Source: Octopus vulgaris
Lineage: Eukaryota
Reading direction: 5' to 3'
Length of the DNA stretch: 64,000 nucleotides
Assembly: GCA_951406725.2 (NCBI GenBank)
Contig: OX597825.1
Span: forward strand, 64,542,001 to 64,606,000
The notes under the pieces were generated by a model, which saw only the letters and a program-made list of their open reading frames with translations, did not search any database and had not been told where the DNA came from. The position numbers and the translations under genes are program-made. Shown piece after piece: positions 53,047 through 64,000 of this stretch (its first letter is position 1; every line of letters begins with the position of its first letter).

Positions 53047-54229
53047 ATTTGCATCAATATCGTATTTCTATAGGTCATTTCTGAGTTGACAAATCTATAA
53101 TTAAATGCAATCCATCCATGACTACCCATTCTTTTTCATGTTGCTATACAATGCATCCTTCCATTTTATAAGACGATTGGGTGTTATTTAAGGAAACGTA
53201 GCTGTTACATGCGGCAATTCCAGCAGCCATTTATAGAGTCCGACTTTGGATCGGACTGGTGTACAAACTAAAGGAGCAAAGACAACAGTACTGTTATTAT
53301 ATCAAACGGTGTGTATATATTTATACATGCGTAAGAGGTGCGTATGTGTTTGTATTCCTGTGTATATGCTTGTCAATGTTTGGTAGTATATGCATTTGTG
53401 TATGGGTGCGTATATTTATGTGTGCGGTTGTTTTGCTGTACATGTAAATATGCATGTGTGTTTGTCTATACATGTGTTTGTGTATATGTTTGCATCAACA
53501 ATTGTATGTATATTTGAATCACCTGACATCTCAGACAATAACTTCCAAAGGATTCCCGCCAGTACACCTTTGACCTTACAGCCATTAGATGACCTTTTGA
53601 TTGACTTCTGGTCACTGATGTCAGGAAGAGGTCAGTCGTAGGAATGCAATGGTCATACTACCAAGTTGCAGTGGACACATGATGTCGAATCTAACTTCAC
53701 TTGGACTCGCCATCAATAAATTGCTCCCGCATCCAATCTTCCCCACCGATCTCCACATCGCTCCCACATATCTTTGTCATTTTCCTTTAAGATTCTCTTC
53801 CTCCTTTCTGCCATCATGTAGCCGTATCTGACACATTCTCTCTTTCTCTTTTCTGTGTACACTATCCACTTCTTTGCCATTTATGCTTACACACAGAGAG
53901 AAAGATAGAAACAGAGGCAGAAACAGAGAGAGCGAGATAGAGACAGGGAGACAGAGAAACAGTAGAATAGAAGGCTATCTAAGAGGAATACTTTTAGTAA
54001 GGTTTCACATTTATAACAGAATAAGTTGAAAATTGTTATAATCTAAGGGTTTCTATATGATAAGTAGACAAAATCTATCAAGATTATTAAAAATACAAAA
54101 GAAAAACAAATACGTCTCGAAAATCATCGGCCACTCGAAATAAGAGAGATTAGCGTTAATCCATGTAGGAATGAGACATGACTTTCAATCAAGAAAATGA
54201 AAGTAGATGACTTATAATAATAGTTTCAA

Positions 54230-55226
54230 AGTTTGCACAAGGCCAGCAATTTCGGTGACGTGTCAATTACAGCGACCCCAGCGATCTACTGGTACTTATT
54301 ATTTCGACTCCGAAATTTGAAATTTAAAAGTTTAAGGTGAACGAAATGCAGTTAACCATTTTAACCGGCGCGTCAAAGTTTCGGCCAGCTCGCTACGCTA
54401 AACTGACATAAAAAAACCACCTTCGGCCATGAATGACCATGGGATTACACCTAGAAACTTCTCATCCGATAGGACAAGTCCGACAAGGTTGTTTATAGAA
54501 GACCAGCTGTCGCCTATGTATGCCAGACTCCCCTCACTACACCTAGGATATTATCCAAGAGAAAGGGAAATACCGATAATGCTTGGCACCAGTGACATAG
54601 TATCTCGTTTCTACAGCTGCCTGAACTGGGGCAACGTGAAATAATGTGTCTTGCTTAGGAACACAACACATCACACAATCCGATTCGGGAATCGAACTCA
54701 CCACCTAATGATTGTGAGCCCGACTCTCTAACCACTGAGCCAAGCGCCTTCACCTGACATTTAACTGACATGTAAGGATTTCAAATTTTAGTACAAGGCC
54801 AGTAAGTTCGAGTGGGGTTGTAAGTCGATTACATCGATCTCAGTGCTCAACTGGTACTAATTTTATCGACCCAGAAAGGATGTAACGTAAAGTCTACCTC
54901 ACTGGAATTTGAAATTCAAAACGTAAAGACAAACGATGTGTTGCTAACCATTTTGCCCGGCGTGCTAACGTTTCTTTCTCTTGACAAACAAGGACAGACA
55001 AACGGATTAAGTCGATTATATCGACCCCAGTGCGTAACTGGTACTTAATTTATCGACCCCGAAAGGATGAAAGGCAAAGTTGACCTCGGCAGAATTTGAA
55101 CTCAGAACGTAACGGCAGACGAAATACTGCTACGCATTTCGACCGGCGTGCGAACGTAACGGCAGACGGAATACGGCTACGCATTTTGCCCGGCCTGCTA
55201 ACGTTTCTGTCCGCTCGCAGCCTTAA
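54230..55226 (-). mobile_element. Cluster of SINE B copies with a D-type long-tail SINE at 54415-54752
   Basis: Family matches; B-B junction at about 54975; a duplication of about 47 bp inside the head at 55106-55200. Confidence 0.85.
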
Positions 55227-55532
55227 GCTGACATGTAATAACAATAATAGAGTATGAAATTTTTGTGAGGAGCAGACTAGTAAAATACATCGATCTGTGC
55301 ACAACTGCCACTTATTTTATCGAACCCGAAGGGGCAGGAGACACTGTCGACCTCGGCAGAATTTGAACACAAACTATAAAGCTTTCACAACTTTCATCTT
55401 GTAGTGATAATTCCAGCGTGGAATAAATTATGCTTAGATGATTGCATTAAAACGCATGTACGGCATATAATTCGCAAATCACATCCGTAAGTGGAGCTTT
55501 CAATGGGAGCCACACGACTCTCTGAAGCAATA

Positions 55533-55622
<90 letters not shown>

Positions 55623-55626
<4 letters not shown>

Positions 55627-55820
55627 AGGCGCAATGGCCCAATGGTTAGGGCAGCAGACTCGCGGTCGTAGGATCACGGTTTCGATTCCCAGACCGGGCG
55701 TTGTGAGTTTTTATTGAGCGAAAATACTTAAAACACCTAAAACACGAGGCTGCAGCAGGGGGTGGTGGCGATCCCTGCTGTACTCTTTCGCCACAACTTT
55801 CTCTCATTCTTTCTTCTGTA
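55623..55820 (+). mobile_element. SINE family C, 5' half
   Basis: Matches 36111-36300. Confidence 0.88.
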
Positions 55821-55969
55821 TTTTTCTCTGGAATATTAATTCGCCTTTTTAATGTGTCATTGTATGTTTTATTACCCCACATTTTCAAGTTAACAAATTT
55901 ATACCAAGCTAGCACTATGACCCAGCAACGCCGAGTCATAATGCTAGTATATAATAAATACAGTACAAA

Positions 55970-56034
<65 letters not shown>

Positions 56035-57243
56035 CACACACATACATGTATACATACGGAATGAGAAAGAATGAATGAGAGAGAAATGTGTAATACAGTG
56101 TGTCCGTTTTGCTGAACCATTAATTTAAGGAGGCAAAAGAAAATAAAAATCCGACCAGCGGTGGGACGCGCGCGCATACACACTTCATACGTTTTCTACA
56201 ACAGTAGAAATAAAAATATCTTTTAATGTACCATGTGAAGGTACTACCTGCTATATATATTCTGTCGCTAAAATAATTCCACCCTTCATATGTGTGGTCA
56301 TACACTTCTGCATCCACCCGCCTGACGTTGTTATGTAAATTATTTCGTATATTTTATATTTTTAATTGCTGAAATACATTTTTGTTGATAATTTTTTTAA
56401 TTTAAACATTAATGCACAGATAGGATTATAAACGGTGCTAAATATTTACAAACTGAATTCTGCACGTAAATCGTACACATATCGCCTTATGTACAATGAC
56501 AAATATTTGCAAATCAATTTTTTTTTTTTTTTTAGATTCTGAAGGCGAATTTAATTTTCTTTTGTCATCTAAATAGCCTCTACTCAATTCTTATGTTTCG
56601 CTATATATTTCTTGTCAAAACAGTTTAGATTTTTGAGTATTTTTCTTCTTCAAATGACCGACGGGAATACATAAGTAATAGCAAAATTTCTTCTTTTCTT
56701 AGATGGGTGGTTTTACAAAATCGTTAGCACGCGGGGCAAAATGCTTAGCAGTATTTCATCCGTTTTTATTCTGAGTTCAAATACAACCCTGGACGAAATG
56801 CTTAGCGTTGTTTCGCCCGTCGCTCCATTCTGAGCTCAAATTCCACCGTGGTCGACTTTGCATTTCATCCTATCGGAGTCGATAAAATAAGTACCAGTTG
56901 AACGCTGGAGTCGATGCAATCCGTTTTTCCGCTTCCCCGAAATTGCTGGCTTTGTTCCAAAATTTGAAATCACTATTTCTTTTATGCATCATTTACAGCA
57001 TTGAACGTTTCGTCAAACTTATATGATTGAGAGGTATGTCAGCTTAGAATTCTCTTTTCTTTGTGATTTTAAACAGTTTGTGAAACTAATCTCCATACAC
57101 GTTTTTGTTTTAACAAATGTAAGGTTTATTAAACATTACTTGTGGCTGAGTATATATAGGAGTCAGGCTGTTGTACTTACGATCGCGAGATCGTGGATTC
57201 AATTCCTGGACCGACTGGTGGGTAGTGTTTTTGAACAAAACAT

Positions 57244-57462
57244 GGATCTTGTCCTTTTGAACGGCAGTTTTCAACACAATTTCTAGTTAACTAGACACTT
57301 TTAAATTTCGGATACTGATAGAATGTGTCAAATTACAATTTTCTCAAGAAAGCCAAGAGAGAAAAAATGTTTTTTTGACACATACTACCAGTATACGAAG
57401 TTTAAAAGTGTTCAGTTAACTAGAAATTGAGTTGAAAACTGCCGTTCAAAAGGAAAAGATCC
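57244..57462. mobile_element. Hairpin MITE with perfect 8-bp TSD (Merlin-like), inserted in an old SINE D
   Basis: About 85-bp imperfect inverted arms starting GGATCTT..CCTTTTGAACGGCAGTTTTCAAC. CAAAACAT occurs at 57236-57243 and 57463-57470. Confidence 0.9.
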
Positions 57463-57813
57463 CAAAACATTTCATCTCCCGTTGCTCAGCGATCACTTTG
57501 ATACGTAATACACCGTGCACCTCTTCAGGAAACGTCAAATTGATAGGGGAGTGAACTAATGTACAATATGTATATTTGGCCACTATAAAAAAAATCTTTA
57601 TGCAGATCTTACGTTGTTAAATACATTCAATCAAGCTGACCGATTTAGATACGAGTTGTACATGCTCCCGGTTAGGATGGTAGCATTGTACATTATTGAG
57701 CATTTCCAATCAAAGTTCAGTGAGGATACCGGAAAAGTTTTTAAAGATTATAGTGAGTAGAGCAGAACGGTGGACGTAATTCTCATTTCCAGAAAAAAAT
57801 ATTTATATATTCC

Positions 57814-57980
57814 TATTTCTTTACTACCCACAAGGGGCTAAACAAGAGGACAAACAAGGACAGACAAACGGAATAAGTCGATTACATTAACCCCAGTGCG
57901 TAACTGGTACTTAATTTATCGACCCCGAAAGGATGAAAGGCAAAGTCGACCTCGGCGGAATTTGAACTCAGAACGTACCA
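57814..57980 (-). mobile_element. SINE B (tail 1), 5'-truncated, 13-bp TSD
   Basis: ATTTATATATTCC at 57801-57813 and 57981-57993. Confidence 0.92.
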
Positions 57981-58081
57981 ATTTATATATTCCCTTGCTA
58001 CAACATACATTGAATGTCACAAATTATGGAGGTAGTTAGGTGTAGAGTTCAAATGACAGATATTTTGCGATCAAGATTTCC

Positions 58082-58240
58082 TGGCTGTGCGGTAAGTAGC
58101 TTGCTTACGAGCCACATGGTTCCGGGTTCAGTCCCACTTCGTGGCACCTTCGGTAGGTGTCTTCTACTATAGCCTCGGGCCGACCAAAGCCTTGTGAGTG
58201 GATTTGGTAGACGGAAACTGAAAGAAGCCCGTCGTTTATA

Positions 58241-58280
<40 letters not shown>

Positions 58281-58499
58281 CGTGTTTGTGTGTCTGTGTT
58301 TGTCCCCCCAACATCGCTTGACAACCGATGCTGGTGTGTTTACGTTCCCGTAACTTAGCGGTTTGGCAAAAAAGAGACCGATAAAATAAGTACTAGGCTT
58401 ACAAAGAATAAGTCCTGGGGTCGATTTGCTCGACTAAAGGTGGTGCTCCAGCATGGCCACAGTCACATGACTGAAACAAGTAAAAGAGTAAAAGAGAGT
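58082..58499 (+). mobile_element. SINE family A
   Basis: Near full-length match to the family. Confidence 0.92.
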
Positions 58500-58683
58500 T
58501 GTGAGTTGTCTGAATCGTCCAAAACAATTTACTTAGCGATAATTCTTCCGGCATTTTACGTTCCGAGTTTCAATCACACTGTGCTCAACATTAATTTTCT
58601 TTCCTTTAGGTACGATGAAATAAGTACTAGATGAGCACAGGAGACGGTGTAACCGATTCCCCACCACAACCTCTCACCTCTAA

Positions 58684-58903
58684 TATCCGAGGGTATGCTA
58701 AAAATTCCCTGGCTTTAAGGCTATCATCACAGGTCTGGTTGGAGGTTCAGGCTTCTGAGTTCTTTTACAGGTCTTAGAGAAACTGAAGGGTGCTACAATG
58801 AGTGAGTGAATCTGAGAGGGGAATATGATAAAGGAAATCATAATTAACTGATCCTCCTGTATTTTTTTTTACCCAGTCAGGAACTTTTCAGCACCCTCTT
58901 GTA
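58684..58903 (+). mobile_element. Mariner-derived MITE (second copy)
   Basis: Colinear with 27810-28041. Confidence 0.8.
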
Positions 58904-58961
58904 TAGCTGGGCCAGTTCCAAAACAATTATTAAGTTGTTTACTAAGCAAATATAGTACACG

Positions 58962-59471
58962 ATACATACATACGAACATACATACATACATACATACGAA
59001 CATACATACGAACATAGATACGAACATACATGCATACATACGAACATACATACATACATACATACGAACATACATACATACGAACATACATACATACATA
59101 CGAACATATATACATACATACATACGAACATACATACATACATACATACATACGAACATACATATATACATACAAACGAACATACATACATACATACATA
59201 CAAACATACGAACATACATACATACATACGAACATAGATATATACATACATACATACATACATACATACATACGAAACTACATACGAACATACATACACA
59301 CGAACATACATACATACATACGAACATACATACGAACATACATTCATACATACGAACAAACATACATACATACATACGTACATACATACATACATACGTA
59401 CATACATACATACGTACATACGAACATACATACATACATACATACATACGAACATACATACATACGAACAT
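58962..59471. repeat. (CATA)n array interspersed with CGAA variants
   Basis: Read directly. Confidence 0.95.
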
Positions 59472-60539
59472 ATATCTGTGTTGAAGTTGTACATTCTTTT
59501 GGTACCTTTTCTCTGAAACTCATTGATAGGACCGGATTTAAACCTTGCGGGGGAGGGGACAGGTGCACTTCAAATTCTCCTTTGGTAAGTTAGGTATTTG
59601 TTTATATAAATTTTCTTCATAATTTTTAATTTCCTGTACTAATTATGAAAATCGTACTCAGTTTCAGGATGAATAAATAAGAAAAAGAATTACGATCCTT
59701 CAAAGATGCTAAATTACACGATTCAAACGGAAAAAATTAATCATTCATTAACCGAAAAAGCGTAAATATGTAGACAAACTAAATATTGGTTTGAAATTAT
59801 TGGCACAAGCCGGCAAATTCGAGGAAGCGTGTAAGTCGATTACATCGCCTCTAATGTTCAACTCGTACTTATTTTACCGAGCCCGAAGGGATGAATGGCA
59901 AAGTGGAACTCGGTGGAATTTCAACTCAGAAAGTAAAGACGGACGAAATGCCGCAAAACATTTTGTTCGGCGTGCTAACTATTTTGCCAGCTCGCGCACT
60001 TCGACACAGTGGAAGATTCTGTTTAGTTTCGAAAGCGTTCTGTTCTATCTAAGGAGAAACCCATAAAAAACTTCAGCCATTGAAGTGCGACCTTGATCGA
60101 AGGGTTTTAGTTGAACAAATAGACTCCAGTGCCTATTTTTAAGTGTTATTTATTTGCTGAGAGATCCGCGAAGTAACGAAGACGTAAAAAAGCAAATCAA
60201 CTCCGGCTGTCAAGTGGTAGAAGTTTCACGCAGTAGCACACACGCATGCACACACGCGCGCACGCATATACACACACACATATACACAAGACGGGCTTCC
60301 GCACAATTTCCGTATATCAAATTTACTGACAAATCGGTCCGAGTGTACAGCACCCAATAATCCATATAGTAGGATTGAACCCGAAACCACATAGCCGCAA
60401 CACTAAATTCGCTTCTGAGACTGGATTTCTTTTCATATTTGCACAGCTTCAGTTATATCTTATAATACTCGGATATATACACAGCTAGGGTATATTTTGG
60501 CCTTTATTGGACCAGGTGATGTCCAACAAAAGACTACTA

Positions 60540-60726
60540 CTCTTTTACTTGTTTCAATCATTTGACTGTGGCCAAGCTGAAGCACCGCCTTTATTCGAGC
60601 AAATCGACCCCAGGACTTATTCTTTCTAAGCCTGGTATTTATTCTATCGGTCTCATTTGCCTAACTGCTAAGTTACGGGGACGTAAACACACCAGCATCG
60701 ATTGTCAAGCGATGTTGGGGGGACAG

Positions 60727-60768
<42 letters not shown>

Positions 60769-61146
60769 TAAGCACCACCAGCTCAAATATTCTCTCCTCT
60801 GTCTTCCCTCCTTGGGATCTTTCCTTCTCCTTGTTTCCGACGAAGAGCTCCGCTCGAAACGTTAAACCCTCCTTCCCTTCTTTCCTGAGCGTCAATAATA
60901 CTTTAATTGTTCCACGTCCTGCGTTGCTGTGTTTTTTCTTTTTTTCCCCTTTTTTTCTGTGTTTTCTTGTTTGGATCAACTATATATATACATACATATA
61001 TACGACGGGCTTCTTTCGGTTTCCGCCTACCAAATGCACTCACAAGGCTTTGGTCAGCCCGAGGCTATAGTAGAAGATACTTGCCAAAGGTGCCACGTAG
61101 TGGGACTGAACCCGGAACCATGTGGTTCGTAAGCAAGCTACTTACC
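60540..61146 (-). mobile_element. SINE A split by a hammerhead-motif element at 60769-60980
   Basis: The tail half at 60540-60730 and the head half at 61000-61146 flank a 210-bp insert set in the TA tract. Confidence 0.9.
60833..60867 (+). ncRNA. Minimal type-I hammerhead ribozyme motif (U4C variant)
   Basis: GUUU CCGACGA A GAGC-UCC-GCUC GAA ACGU U AAAC: 4-bp stem I, 4-bp stem II, palindromic ACGU stem III and a GUU cleavage triplet. Confidence 0.7.
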
Positions 61147-62784
61147 ACACAGCAACTCCTACGCCTACATTAAGTACTACATTAAGTTGTCTTCAAAGCT
61201 TGGTTTTGTGAGAGCATAAACCATTCGAGTAAGCAGACAGGAGGTTCTTTTACAAAAAAATATAGCCAAATGATGGTTATTTATCAGGTATTTCTAGAAG
61301 GAATTTTCCAGGTTTTATTTGAATTTTATTCACTAAATTCATGAGTATTTCTTTCAGAATAATATTGACGACAACAGGAACCGATTGTGGTACATGCAAA
61401 GTGTTATATCATACGATGCGATCCCGATTTTTTCAAAGAGGCATATGATATGGAAGTCTAAGTTTAGGTGAGGTGACTAGTTAACTTGATGCTAGTGTCG
61501 TTTGGAAAATATCGATAGAAAATTTTCCCAATTTGTACAAATATGGTGGCGTGACAAAGAACAGTGTCAAATGACGCATGCTTGCAATGCCTTATATTTC
61601 ATATACACAAGGCCAGCAATTTCGAAGGAGGGCGTTAGTCGATTACATCGACCCCACTGCTCCGTTGATACATATTTAGTCGACCCCGAAAGGATGAAAT
61701 GGGAAGTCAACCTCGGTGGAATTTGAACTTAGAACATCAAGACGGACGAAATGTCGCTAAGCTTTTTGCCACGTCGCCGCTTTATATTTCATATATTACA
61801 ATAATAATAATAATCGTCGTTTTGGTGCCTTCGGTCTAGTAACGCTTTGTATACAGAAGACGATGTCTAAACTGGTAAGTTTGAAGGAGCCATGAAACTG
61901 TTTTAGGGACCATATAAACTTATATAAAAACAAATGCGGTTTTCAGTGCATGTGTCTGCTTAGCATCCTGGCTTTTAGATTCAACCTTCTGGGGAACTAA
62001 CGCAATGAATGTTACATATTTGCAATCAGAGTAACCGTGAACATCCCCGCCGTTGCTTCTGTCCTCCTTTGGTCCCTAGGTCTGCGGCAAAAATTCGTAC
62101 CCAATGACCTGATAAGCAAAATGCAGATTAAGAAGTATAACAATGGACATAGGGGTATAAAGATCAAACAAGCACGATATTTGCACAAGAATTATTTTTA
62201 ATCTACCCAGAAATTGGATGATAAACACTCAGAATAATCAACATTTATCGAAATCCTTTAACTTTTGCATAACCTCCAAGAGTAAAGAATTCTTGCTGTT
62301 TTCGGTAAGGTGCCTTTGAGTAGCAATATTATCGATCAGTTACTTCCTCTGCAGACGAAATCCACGGAACAATTTCCTCTCATTCAATCGGTTCTCTATA
62401 AAGATTTTTTTGTATCATGAATCATCTTTCCTTTCAAATTGTTTTTAAGTCAGTTTAGAATTCACGAATGTATGGATTATGTTTATATCGTAACTTCATT
62501 AGAAAACTTGTACATTTCGATATCAAGAGAGAAAGGCAACCAAGCAAGAACGGAAATGAGAAGAAACGATAGATAAAAAAAACAAATTCACAAGTCATAG
62601 CCTAAGGTAAGAGAAGATCCAGTAAAGTTTTGACTGGAAATGCTAGAAGTTTTAAACTAGGCAAATCACAAAAAAATCCGTGATACTAAGGCTTCTGAAG
62701 ATAGGATGATGTTTTGATCTTATACATTTTAACATGATTAAATTTATCTTTGCAAATAATTATAAATATTCCTTCAGGTAAACG

Positions 62785-62985
62785 TAGTGAACTGGCAGAA
62801 TCGTTAGCACGCTGAGTCAAATGCTTAGCGGCATTTCGACCGTCTTTATGTTCAGAGTTCAAATTTCACCAAGGTCCATTTTTGCTTTTCATCCTTTCGG
62901 AAAGTAATACCAGTTGAACACTGGGACCGATGTAACCCGAACACTTACCCAAACTTACTGTCCTTGTGTCAGAATTTGAAACCAA
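62785..62985 (+). mobile_element. SINE family B, diverged (other old copies at about 25855, 29614, 39435, 56700, 59795 and 61605)
   Basis: Family core is recognisable. Confidence 0.8.
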
Positions 62986-63219
62986 CATGTATTCCTTTTT
63001 TCGTAGATTCTACAATTTAACGAACTTAATTTTTACCAAAGGCTATATATTTCTCTCCACCAGCCAAAAGAAAAATGCACCAGAGGGCAACTGCTTGGTT
63101 ACTCTCTCTCACTCTTTCAATATATAAACTGAATACAGTATATAACTATGAGCTAGTAATAGTTTCATGCATGAAGGTATTATCTAAGCAGGTTTTAAAA
63201 TACGCCTAGTGCCCTCAAG

Positions 63220-63265
<46 letters not shown>

Positions 63266-63289
63266 ATATATATATATATATATATAATA

Positions 63290-63539
63290 TATATTAAATT
63301 AGAGATAAAACCACTATTAGGCAAATCATACAAAGAAAAACTTAAGCCAATACATAAGATTAATTAATTTATATTATTTTAAATATATATCAAAATTATT
63401 AAAAAAAGATAATTAGTATAATTTTTTAAATAATGTTGATATATATTTAAAATAATATAAATTAATTAATCTTATGTATTGGCTTAAGTTTTTCTTTGTA
63501 TGATTTGCCTAATAGTGGTTTTATCTCTAATTTAATATA
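63290..63539. repeat. Perfect 104-bp inverted repeat with 42-bp spacer, between (TA)n tracts
   Basis: 63290-63393 is the exact reverse complement of 63436-63539, checked base by base. Confidence 0.95.
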
Positions 63540-63619
63540 ATATAATATTTTACTATAAAATTGGATTCAATCCTAAATCTGATTTTTCCCTGTAAGTTTG
63601 GATTTATTCCCTAATATTT

Positions 63620-63673
<54 letters not shown>

Positions 63674-63678
<5 letters not shown>

Positions 63679-63842
63679 GTCTGGGGAGAGTCATTTTCTT
63701 TTTGTGCTTTATAATTTAACACACTCACCGGTAAAATTTCCACTTATTTTTATTTTCCTAAAACTTTTGATGCGTCTTGCAACTTTTTCGATAATCTTGA
63801 CCCTTGAGACTCTTGAGAATCTTGACTCTCCCCAGGCACAAC
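63674..63842. repeat. Short element with 20-bp inverted termini next to (TA)n
   Basis: GTTGTGTCTGGGGAGAGTCA and TGACTCTCCCCAGGCACAAC pair at 19 of 20 positions. Confidence 0.8.
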
Positions 63843-63903
63843 AGAATATGCCTCAAGTCACGAACTCACATAAAGAATCTTGCAAACCAAATCCAAATAT
63901 GAA

Positions 63904-63966
<63 letters not shown>

Positions 63967-64000
63967 TGTATGTATATATGTATGTATGTCTGTATGTATG

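Overview
AT-rich, repeat-saturated animal DNA with no recognisable host protein-coding exon, so it is intergenic or deep intronic. The SINE families and microsatellite load suggest an octopus or other cephalopod genome (inferred from recognition, not from a search). Almost every ORF in the supplied track is a microsatellite or SINE artefact. The window holds dozens of tRNA-headed SINEs of four families, which I label A-D. It also holds decayed retrotransposon fragments (Neptune-type Penelope RT, Tx1/L1-type LINE, CR1/L2-type LINE, R4/NeSL-type LINE with restriction-like endonuclease, RTE 3' end), Tc1/mariner remnants, non-autonomous Helitrons and MITEs. Three observations stand out. (i) A dispersed ~150-210 bp element family sits in or beside (TA)n tracts and carries a minimal type-I hammerhead ribozyme fold with non-canonical core bases; it accompanies long Penelope-style palindromes. 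(ii) SINE family B has a 3' tail resembling the 3' end of the Tx1-type LINE in this window and forms head-to-tail arrays joined at two fixed positions inside its own head. (iii) The internal microsatellite of SINE family A twice hosts hammerhead-bearing inserts. All coordinates and alignments were read by eye.
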